Below are positions 56,530-64,000 of a stretch of DNA of 64,000 bases, piece by piece. The DNA is taken from positions 64,001-128,000 of the forward strand of contig JBGAON010000005.1 in assembly GCA_044221725.1 (NCBI GenBank), in the 5' to 3' direction. The position numbers and the translations under genes are program-made. The DNA comes from Elusimicrobiota bacterium (GTDB lineage: Bacteria; Elusimicrobiota; Elusimicrobia; F11). The notes beneath the pieces were generated by a model, which had not been told where the DNA came from, ran no database searches, and saw only the letters and a program-made list of their open reading frames with translations. The first letter of the stretch is position 1. Every line of letters starts with the position of its first letter.

Positions 56530-57281
56530 CGGCGATTCTGGTCATCCTGCTGTTGGCGGGCGTGCGTCGTGTGCTGGCCGCGGGCGGCATCTATCTTGAT
56601 ACGCTCGCCGAAGCGAAAACCGAGCAGGTCATTAAGCTAAATCCGCTGGATTTGGGTGGCGAATCAAAGTGGCAAAACGATCCACTCTTAAAACAAAAGA
56701 AAGGCCATGTGATATGGCTTTGGACGGCGACGGGCCCCATGAAAGCCGTTTTTGATCGCATCGTGATCACGCAAGCCGAAGGCGATTTTCATTTTTTGTT
56801 CCGCGGTTCCATTAACGTGGTCGTTCGCGCATCCAAACCAATCCCGGCGGGCCGCGTGCTGGTATCGCTCAAAGCACTGCCGGAACAAACATGGAAAGTC
56901 CTTGAACCGCGCGACGAGGACAAAACGTTTGCGTACGCGGACCTCGTCAATTTGGAAGGCCAGTCTTACATCGTAAATTCGAGCAGCGTCTCCATTCGTG
57001 TGTTCGAAACAAAAAAAGGGACGGGATTTATGATCGTACGCTATCCACTGCCGCCCACCGAGGTTCCCGGAGAAAGTTTTCGTACGGTCGTTTACAAAAG
57101 GGACCCGGCACAGCCGTGGGTTCTCTACAAAAAATTTGATGATGCGATGGTGGAGCCGTGGTTCGATGTGGACGGCGACGGTGTTCCCGAGCTTGTTGGG
57201 GAAAGCGGCTACGATTCGTTTGGCATAAAGGCGTTCCACCCTTACACGAAAATTTTACAGCAAAGCACGGCCGGCACCTGA
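56499..57281 (+). CDS. Exported hypothetical protein with a DxDGDG Ca-binding-like motif
   Basis: Signal-peptide-like N terminus; DVDGDGVPELV; fills the rng-rplU gap; start uncertain. Confidence 0.65.
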   Translation: MGTLQNPLRITAILVILLLAGVRRVLAAGGIYLDTLAEAKTEQVIKLNPLDLGGESKWQNDPLLKQKKGHVIWLWTATGPMKAVFDRIVITQAEGDFHFLFRGSINVVVRASKPIPAGRVLVSLKALPEQTWKVLEPRDEDKTFAYADLVNLEGQSYIVNSSSVSIRVFETKKGTGFMIVRYPLPPTEVPGESFRTVVYKRDPAQPWVLYKKFDDAMVEPWFDVDGDGVPELVGESGYDSFGIKAFHPYTKILQQSTAGT

Positions 57282-57337
57282 CGAAATACTGCGAGATAAC
57301 AAGGCGTTTTTTCGTCGATTTCCAATAATTTTTTTGC

Positions 57338-57367
57338 TGGACGAAACGGGATTCAAACAGCTACAAT
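57338..57367 (+). promoter_or_regulatory. Promoter of rplU-rpmA-obgE, near-leaderless
   Basis: TGGACG-18 nt-TACAAT, GC-rich discriminator, ATG 9 nt later, no SD. Confidence 0.6.
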
Positions 57368-57376
57368 CCGCGCCTT

Positions 57377-57703
57377 ATGAATTCCTATGCTATTGTTCAA
57401 ACCGGCGGTAAACAATACCGCGTATCCGAAGGCGACACGCTGAAAGTTGAAAAATTAGAAGCGAAGGCCGGCGAAGAAGTAAAAATCGATAACGTGCTTT
57501 TCGCGCGCATCGAGCAAAAGTCCATCACGGGCAAACCAAAAATCAGTGGCGCGAGCGTGACAGCCGAAGTTGTTCGGCAATTGCGCGGCCCGAAAATTTT
57601 GGTCTATAAAGAAAGACAGAAAAAAGTTTATAAAAAGACGCAAGGTCACCGTCAGTGGCTGACCGAGCTCCGCATCAAATCAATATCCCTACCGAAGCTG
57701 TAA
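57377..57703 (+). CDS. rplU: 50S ribosomal protein L21
   Basis: YAIVQTGGKQYRV and GHRQ. Confidence 0.98.
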   Translation: MNSYAIVQTGGKQYRVSEGDTLKVEKLEAKAGEEVKIDNVLFARIEQKSITGKPKISGASVTAEVVRQLRGPKILVYKERQKKVYKKTQGHRQWLTELRIKSISLPKL

Positions 57704-57757
57704 GCTTTAAGTTTTATAGGAATAATTTTATTGGCTTACAGCTTATAGCTTACGGCT
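57696..57757. repeat. Inverted heptamer repeat (GCTGTAA/GCTTACA), same family as 21449
   Basis: GCTGTAA-GCTTTAA ... GCTTACA-GCTTATA-GCTTACG; contains the rplU stop codon. Confidence 0.75.
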
Positions 57758-57771
57758 CAAAGGAATAAAAA

Positions 57772-58080
57772 ATGGCACACACAAAATCACAAGGCTCGAC
57801 AACCAATGGACGCGACTCCGCCGGGCAACGGCTTGGAGTGAAACGCTACGGAAGTCAGCTCGTTAACGCGGGCGAAGTTTTGGTTCGCCAAAACGGAACC
57901 CATTTCCATCCTGGTTTTAACGTCGGTATCGGATCCAACGACACGTTGTTCGCAAAAATTGCGGGCACCGTGAAGTTTGAATGGATGAGCAAAACCCCCG
58001 GACGTTGGGGCGGACGGCAGAGAGTGTCCGTTTATCCGCAAGCGGCAGCAGCTGCTAGCAAAAAATCCTCCCAGAAATAA
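57772..58080 (+). CDS. rpmA: 50S ribosomal protein L27
   Basis: GS..NGRDS..RLGVK and DTLFA. Confidence 0.97.
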   Translation: MAHTKSQGSTTNGRDSAGQRLGVKRYGSQLVNAGEVLVRQNGTHFHPGFNVGIGSNDTLFAKIAGTVKFEWMSKTPGRWGGRQRVSVYPQAAAAASKKSSQK

Positions 58081-58107
58081 GTCTTCTACCCCATCTGAAT
58101 TGAAAAG

Positions 58108-58186
58108 GTACTACGTACGTCGTACTTAGTACTTCGATTAGTTGTTTTAACGAGGTACGAAGTACGTTGTACGAGGTACGTTTTTT
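58108..58186. repeat. Inverted GTACnnn heptamer array with T-tail
   Basis: Four GTAC at 7-bp spacing on each arm, then TTTTTT abutting the obgE ATG. Confidence 0.8.
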
Positions 58187-59485
58187 ATGTTTATCGACAA
58201 AGCCCACATAACAGTTCGAGCCGGCAACGGCGGTGACGGCAGCGCCGCGTTTCGGCGCGAAAAATTCGTTCCGAAGGGCGGTCCCAACGGCGGCGACGGT
58301 GGCAAAGGCGGCGACGTTTATTTGCTGGCGGCCTTGCGGCTTCGCACGTTGCTCGACTTTGTCCGAAAACCCAATTACGAAGCAAAGAGCGGCGAGCCCG
58401 GAAGCGGTTACCACAAATTTGGATTGAGCGGGAATGATCTCGTTCTCGAAGTTCCGTGCGGAACCTCCGTCTATCAAGGGCCCACCTTAATCGCCGACAT
58501 GCTGAACCCAGGAGACAAATTGCTCATTGCGCGCGGTGGCCGTGGTGGCCGCGGCAATGTTCATTTTAAAAACAGTGTTCGCCAAGCGCCGCGCATTGCC
58601 GAGAAAGGCGAGCCGGGCCAAAAAGTTGAACTCAATTTAAAACTGAAGGTTATTGCGGACGTCGGACTCATCGGAATGCCAAACGCTGGGAAATCCACGC
58701 TACTTTCGCGGCTCACGCGTGCCACACCAAAAATTGCGGCCTATCCGTTCACCACGCTCTATCCAAACCTCGGCGTCGCTATCTATCATCACCGCGAAAT
58801 TGTGTTCGCCGACATTCCTGGGCTGATTGAAGGCTCGCACACCGGCAAAGGTCTCGGGCACGAATTTCTGCAGCACATTGAGCGCACGCGCGTGCTTGTG
58901 CATGTGGTCGATCCGCTTGGTTTCGCCGACAAAGATCCGAAAACTGCCATCAAAGTCATTAACAACGAGCTAAAAACCTATTCGCGCACCCTCGGGAAAA
59001 AGAAACAAATTCTCGTTATTAACAAGCAAGATCTGGCCGAAGGGGAAAAAGTTTTTAAAGCGATCAAGAAGGCGTTCAAAGCACAGACGGTGCTTGCCGT
59101 GTCGGGTGTCACGGGCGCGGGGATCCCGGAATTGCTGGCCGCTGTTGCAAAGTTGCTTGATGCCACGCCGCACGAGAAGCAAGTGGCGATAGCGCCCGCC
59201 ATTCACGTGAAGCTCGAACCGGATTTTTGGGTCGAGAAAGACAGCGACGGGCTTTATAGCGTAAAGGGGAAGAAAGTCGAGCGGCTTGTCGCGATGACAA
59301 ATTTCAAATTGCCGGAAGCCGTTCAACGCACGCAAAATATTTTGAAAAAGATCGGCGTCGAACGCGAGTTGTTGGCATCGGGCGCAAACTCCGGCGACGG
59401 TGTCCGTATTCTCAATTTCGAATTTGAATTCCAACCGGAAGTCGGTTATCAAACACCGGCTCCCCGAATGCCTCCGAGAAAGTAA
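58187..59485 (+). CDS. obgE: GTPase ObgE
   Basis: Gly-rich Obg domain, GMPNAGKST, YPFTT, DIPG, NK.D and C-terminal OCT domain. Confidence 0.98.
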   Translation: MFIDKAHITVRAGNGGDGSAAFRREKFVPKGGPNGGDGGKGGDVYLLAALRLRTLLDFVRKPNYEAKSGEPGSGYHKFGLSGNDLVLEVPCGTSVYQGPTLIADMLNPGDKLLIARGGRGGRGNVHFKNSVRQAPRIAEKGEPGQKVELNLKLKVIADVGLIGMPNAGKSTLLSRLTRATPKIAAYPFTTLYPNLGVAIYHHREIVFADIPGLIEGSHTGKGLGHEFLQHIERTRVLVHVVDPLGFADKDPKTAIKVINNELKTYSRTLGKKKQILVINKQDLAEGEKVFKAIKKAFKAQTVLAVSGVTGAGIPELLAAVAKLLDATPHEKQVAIAPAIHVKLEPDFWVEKDSDGLYSVKGKKVERLVAMTNFKLPEAVQRTQNILKKIGVERELLASGANSGDGVRILNFEFEFQPEVGYQTPAPRMPPRK

Positions 59486-59494
59486 AATCCGCGC

Positions 59495-60268
59495 ATGCTT
59501 CTGGTTATCAAAACCGGGTCTGCGACTCTTTCCAAGAAAAATGGCGGCTTGAACGCCGCGTCCGTTCGGCGTATCGCGCGACAGCTCGCGTACGCCCACA
59601 AGAAAGGACACAAAGTGATTGTGGTAAGTTCGGGTGCGATCGCCGCCGGCGTTGGCCGCCTCCATTTAAAAGAACGTCCGAAAGCGCTTCAAGAAAAACA
59701 AGCAACCGCCGCGGTTGGCCAGGTGGCGCTCATGCACGAGTACGAGAAAGCTCTTTCGTCCTACCGTATTATTCCGGCGCAGCTGTTGCTCACACGAGAA
59801 GATCTTATGGACCGAAAGCGTTACATGAATGTCCGCCAGACACTTTTGCACTTGCTCGCTCACCGCACGATTCCAATTATCAACGAAAACGATTCCGTGT
59901 CCACGGACGAAATACAGTTCGGTGATAACGATGCGCTGTCATCCATTGTTGCGACGAAAGTGAACGCCGATAAGCTCATTTTGCTCTCCGACATTAATGG
60001 CCTTTACGAACAAGACCGAAACGGCGAACTCACGTCGCGCGTGATCCCGATTGTGAAAAAAGTGACCAGCGCCATGCAAAAAAAAGCGAACGCGCATCGT
60101 GGTTCAAAGCTATCGGTGGGCGGCATTGTGAGTAAACTGGCGGCCGCCAAGCGGGCGACCGCCGCCGGCATCGAAACGTGGATTGCGTCAGGAACCGCGT
60201 CCGATTCCATTCCGCGCATCTTGAGAAACGAATCCGGCGCCGGCACGCGATTTCTTCCCAGACGATAG
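59495..60268 (+). CDS. proB: Glutamate 5-kinase, no PUA domain
   Basis: VIK.GS, VSSGA, AAVGQ, NEND and FGDND. Confidence 0.95.
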   Translation: MLLVIKTGSATLSKKNGGLNAASVRRIARQLAYAHKKGHKVIVVSSGAIAAGVGRLHLKERPKALQEKQATAAVGQVALMHEYEKALSSYRIIPAQLLLTREDLMDRKRYMNVRQTLLHLLAHRTIPIINENDSVSTDEIQFGDNDALSSIVATKVNADKLILLSDINGLYEQDRNGELTSRVIPIVKKVTSAMQKKANAHRGSKLSVGGIVSKLAAAKRATAAGIETWIASGTASDSIPRILRNESGAGTRFLPRR

Positions 60269-60293
60269 CGAAGAAGAGAGGGACCACATTTTT

Positions 60294-62276
60294 GTGAGTT
60301 TCTTACCGCTGGTTCCGCTCTTGGCTGTGTTCGGTTTTTATCTGATCGGGGTCTCTCCAGCGATCGATGGCGGAGACTCCGGCGAATTTATTGCGTCGTC
60401 GTTCACTCTCGGGATTCCACACGCGCCAGGGTATCCACTCTTTCAATTGATCGGTAAAGTTGTCTATTCGATCCTACCGTTCTCGAGCATTGCCTACCGC
60501 GCGCACGTCTTGTCGGCTCTTATCGTTGTTGCGACACTTGTTTTGTTTTTCAAACTCCTCGAAAAGGTTCTTGGAAGCGGCAATCGTTGGTTCATTTTCC
60601 TCGCAACACTTTTTCTCGCGACACGTCCACTCATCACCCAGCAAGCCCGCGTCTGCGAAGTGTTCGGTTTAAATGCGCTTTTCGCGTGCGCGGTTTTGCT
60701 TTGTGTGGCGCGCGGCGACATTTTGCTCGCCTGGTTTTTGTTTGGGCTAGGGCTCGGAAATCATCATACCCTACTCGTGCTTTTTCCGGTTTTACTGATC
60801 CCCACCCTTCTCTCCCCAATGACGAGGCATGGGGAGGGATCTCCGAATTCCCAGGAACCTGCACCGACACTTATTCGGAGGTTTGGTGGGGGGCTTTCTT
60901 TTTTCGTGCTGGGGTTAACGGTCTATTTGTACTTGCCCATTCGGGCCCACGCGTCGCCGCCGGTGAATTTTGGAAATCCGGAAACGTGGCAAAGTTTTTT
61001 GGCCGTCGTGACACGCAAAGAATTTGGTTCGCTGTCGTTGCACCCCGCCGCGCTGCCGTTTCGAGATCTGTCTCTTACGCTCGCGCAAACAAAAGTGTTT
61101 GCTTTGCGCGTTTACGAACAACTGCATCTCGGTGGATTGATTCTTGTGACAATCGGATTTTTTGTGGGAATCCGTCGCCCCGGTACGCGGTTGTGGACAC
61201 TGCTTGCTCTGTGTTGGTTCCTTGGGCTCGGTTTGGGTTTTGAAATTTTTTCGAACCTTTCACCGACGAGCGACATCGGTCAATGGCGGCTCGAGCGATT
61301 TCTTGTTCTGCCACTCCTCGCGGCGTCGGCGTTGGTGGCGTTTGCGTTCACAACGGCACCCACCGGGGGGGCCGCCTACAGAAACATCGTTTTTCTCGGA
61401 TGTTGGTTGGCGGCCGTCGCCACGCCATCGCCGATAAACAATTTTCGGCGTAACCTCGTGTTTCGCGATTTCGCTGTATCCGTTTTGCGTTCCGCGCCGA
61501 AAGACTCTCGCATCGTGATCGATCGTGTGTTGTTTGATGAACCAACATCCGCGCTTCTTGTTACGACCGTCGTGGAAAAAAAGCGACCGGATGTTCATTT
61601 TTATTATCGACCGGGCACGTTGTTTGAGCCGGTGTACGGTAAAGATGTGCTTCGGTTGACGTGGGGTCAGCGCTTTGAACGACAACGCGCGGTGGAACAA
61701 AGAGAGTTGACGAATGGGGACAAGCCGGTGCGGTATCTCGGATTTGAAAAGGCGAACGCCCCTTTTGAAAATCCAAAAATGGACGGATTGTTGTACGCGC
61801 CGCACGAGAATCCCGGACTCGGAATATTTTTACTCCAGCGGGAAGGAGCAACGGACTATCCGTCCCGTTTGATCGCGGCGCACACGCCGTACTTTTTCGG
61901 GAAAGCGGCGCTTGAGCGAAACAACGTCGTGTCTGCCAATCAATGGTTCAATGCTGCGCTTGCGCGTGGTGGTCGCATGGCATGGTTGGCTTCGAACCTC
62001 GGCGGCATCTATGTTCAGAACAATTTGTTTGACGACGCCGCGCGGCTGTTTGATCGCGCGGTCTCGTGGGATCCCTATTTCGCGAACGCACAATACGGAA
62101 AAGGGTTCATGGCCTATCAGCGAAACGATGTCCCGACGATGCGCGTCGCCTGGAGAAAATATTTGGCTCTTGAGCCCCATGGTAAGATGGCCGACGGAGT
62201 GCGACAACAATTGGACCGTGACAACCGGTCGCGTACGGATCCATTAAATTTAAATCGTCGAAACGGGAGGAAATGA
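60294..62276 (+). CDS. DUF2723/TMEM260-like GT-C membrane protein with C-terminal TPR
   Basis: GDSGEF..LGIPHAPGYPLF, EV..L, G...NHHT, YLPIRA..P..NFGNP and TPR repeats. Confidence 0.88.
   Translation: MSFLPLVPLLAVFGFYLIGVSPAIDGGDSGEFIASSFTLGIPHAPGYPLFQLIGKVVYSILPFSSIAYRAHVLSALIVVATLVLFFKLLEKVLGSGNRWFIFLATLFLATRPLITQQARVCEVFGLNALFACAVLLCVARGDILLAWFLFGLGLGNHHTLLVLFPVLLIPTLLSPMTRHGEGSPNSQEPAPTLIRRFGGGLSFFVLGLTVYLYLPIRAHASPPVNFGNPETWQSFLAVVTRKEFGSLSLHPAALPFRDLSLTLAQTKVFALRVYEQLHLGGLILVTIGFFVGIRRPGTRLWTLLALCWFLGLGLGFEIFSNLSPTSDIGQWRLERFLVLPLLAASALVAFAFTTAPTGGAAYRNIVFLGCWLAAVATPSPINNFRRNLVFRDFAVSVLRSAPKDSRIVIDRVLFDEPTSALLVTTVVEKKRPDVHFYYRPGTLFEPVYGKDVLRLTWGQRFERQRAVEQRELTNGDKPVRYLGFEKANAPFENPKMDGLLYAPHENPGLGIFLLQREGATDYPSRLIAAHTPYFFGKAALERNNVVSANQWFNAALARGGRMAWLASNLGGIYVQNNLFDDAARLFDRAVSWDPYFANAQYGKGFMAYQRNDVPTMRVAWRKYLALEPHGKMADGVRQQLDRDNRSRTDPLNLNRRNGRK
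60800..60891. repeat. Palindromic element inside the DUF2723 coding sequence, in frame
   Basis: CCCCACC/GGTGGGG enclosing TCTCTCCCCA/TGGGGAGGGA and CTCCGAAT/ATTCGGAG. Confidence 0.65.
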
Positions 62277-62277
62277 A

Positions 62278-63348
62278 GTGGAAATAGGAATCGTTGGGCT
62301 GCCGAACGTCGGCAAATCATCCCTTTTTAATGCGTTGACCGCGGCCGGTGTGGCGTCGGAGAATTTTCCGTTTACGACCATCGAGCCGAACGTGGGTGTG
62401 GTGCCGGTGCGCGACGGGCGGTTGGATCAATTGGAAAAATTGTACGCGGCTCCGAAAAAGGTGCCGGCCGCAATTCGGTTTGTGGATATTGCGGGCCTCG
62501 TGCCTGGTGCCAGCAAGGGCGAAGGGCGCGGCAATGACTTTTTGGACGACATTCGAAACGTTGATGCGATTGCCCAAGTTGTGCGCTGCTTTGATGATGC
62601 GGATGTCATCAATGTCCTCGGCGACTTAAACCCTCGCAAAGATGCGGAGGTTATTTCGCTCGAACTTTTGCTGGCGGATTTGGGCCAGGCCGAAAAACTG
62701 ATCGAGAAGTATCGCGGGCCCGCCAAATCCGGCAACGAAGAGGCGAAGAAAAACTTTGAATTTCTCGATGGGATTCGAAAAAAACTGGAAGAAGGAGTGC
62801 CCCTGCGGCGGCAAAATATTTCTGCGGCCGCGCTGAAGAATTTCAATTTTCTCACGATCAAGCCTGTTCTGTATATCGCGAACGTGAACGAAAAAACGCC
62901 GCCCGCGGTCGTGAACATTGTGCGCGAATACGCGCAACAAGAAGGCGGCGACGTGGTGGAAATCAACAACAAACTGGAAGCCGACGTAATGATGTTGCCC
63001 GAAGAAGAACGGGCCGCTTTCCGTCAAGAGTTGGGAATTAAAGAATCCGGTTTGGACGCGTTAGCCAAAGCCGGAGAAAAGCTTCTCAGTCTCATCACGT
63101 TTTTCGCGGCGGGCCCAAAAGAAGTGCACGCGTGGCACATAACAAAGGGAGCCACCGTTCCGCAGGCCGCCGGAAAAATTCACTCGGATCTGGAGCGCGG
63201 TTTTATTCGGGCCGAAGTTTTTTCTTATGAGGATCTAATTGAGGCCGGATCCGAAGCGGCTCTTCGCGCCAAGGGCAAGATCCGGATGGAGGGGAAGGAC
63301 TACGTCACCCGCGATGGGGACGTTTTGCACATCCATTTTAAGGTTTGA
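62278..63348 (+). CDS. ychF: Redox-regulated ATPase YchF
   Basis: GIVGLPNVGKS, TIEPN, DIAGLV.GA and IHSD..RGFIRAEV. Confidence 0.98.
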   Translation: MEIGIVGLPNVGKSSLFNALTAAGVASENFPFTTIEPNVGVVPVRDGRLDQLEKLYAAPKKVPAAIRFVDIAGLVPGASKGEGRGNDFLDDIRNVDAIAQVVRCFDDADVINVLGDLNPRKDAEVISLELLLADLGQAEKLIEKYRGPAKSGNEEAKKNFEFLDGIRKKLEEGVPLRRQNISAAALKNFNFLTIKPVLYIANVNEKTPPAVVNIVREYAQQEGGDVVEINNKLEADVMMLPEEERAAFRQELGIKESGLDALAKAGEKLLSLITFFAAGPKEVHAWHITKGATVPQAAGKIHSDLERGFIRAEVFSYEDLIEAGSEAALRAKGKIRMEGKDYVTRDGDVLHIHFKV

Positions 63349-63705
63349 TCCAATCAATTTTCGCTCAAACTCGTGCTTGAGCGCTGGCGCGATGTAGGTC
63401 CAGTGAATAACGCGCAATCCATAAATCATTCCCAACGTCGTTTCTCTTTTCCAGATCACCTCGGTAATGCATAGAGAGGTATCTTCTTCATGCTGAATGC
63501 TGAGGCAAAACCGTGTTCCAACCGGCGCATCGTGCCAAACCCTTACGCGCATTCCGTTTTTGGAAATATCCAGAAGTTCCGTGGAAATAACCTGACTAAG
63601 CGCGGATTCACTCGAATCGACAAGTTGGGCCGGAAGATTGACCGAACAACGGGATTCTCGGCGGCGTTCGTGGTCCGGTAGGTCAGGGTCTCTGGGCAAC
63701 GTCAT
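63235..63705 (-). CDS. Stand-alone PilZ-domain protein
   Basis: RxxxR (ERRRESR) and DxSxxG (DISKNG) c-di-GMP motifs; 3' end overlaps ychF. Confidence 0.8.
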   Translation of the reverse strand: MTLPRDPDLPDHERRRESRCSVNLPAQLVDSSESALSQVISTELLDISKNGMRVRVWHDAPVGTRFCLSIQHEEDTSLCITEVIWKRETTLGMIYGLRVIHWTYIAPALKHEFERKLIGSNLKMDVQNVPIAGDVVLPLHPDLALGAKSRFGSGLN

Positions 63706-64000
63706 GAAACAAGCATAGCCCGCTTTTCCGTCGGAATCATGGGAATTCCAGGGGGTGTGACGAAGATCACGATTCTTTACAGATTGGTTACGAGGAATTA
63801 ATAGGTTCTTAAACCTTTTTTTGTTTTATCGATTCGTGAGATTTTCGAGGCGTTTTTCTTCAATTTTCGCGGTCTTTATAAGCCTGCTGGTTTTTTCCAG
63901 CGGTTCCGTTTTTTCATATTCCGCAGAAACGAATTCATTGACGAGACTTCTGCGCTTTACCGTCTTTCACATCCACGATGTCCATAAAAACCATCAAGCC

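Noticed and set aside
32500..58186. Repeats considered as a CRISPR array
   Set aside because: Dispersed or heptameric, with no repeat-spacer periodicity and no cas genes
63935..64000. Possible 3' end of a minus-strand gene (GLMVFMDIVDVKDGKAQKSRQ*)
   Set aside because: Too short at the window edge to identify

Overview
Core chromosomal segment of a diderm bacterium, probably Elusimicrobiota (tentative: read from 16S signatures and pilin style, no search run). 1-13.7 kb: trmD(partial)-rplS-rnhB-yraN-queD, an opposite-strand pilin plus YfhO-like glycosyltransferase, comM, a second GT-C, a TsaP/FlgT-like protein, a TPR protein, dprA, topA, then folB-queC on the minus strand. 13.8-19.6 kb: a full rRNA operon (16S, tRNA-Ala, tRNA-Ile, 23S, 5S). 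With no visible terminator, this runs into an outer-membrane beta-barrel gene and then rplJ-rplL-rpoB-rpoC-rpsL-rpsG-fusA-S10-spc-alpha (rplK/rplA, tuf and rpmD are absent from their usual positions). Next come mreBCD-mrdA-rodA-TIGR03936-rng-hyp-rplU-rpmA-obgE-proB-DUF2723-ychF and a convergent PilZ gene. Most notable: the apparent rRNA-to-r-protein/RNAP read-through arrangement; compensatory base-pair flips in 23S domain V together with divergent L3/L22/L27 loops; several families of short structured palindromic repeats, one apparently translated in frame inside a gene; recurrent leaderless promoter geometry; and a candidate sRNA. No CRISPR array, transposase or prophage gene was seen.
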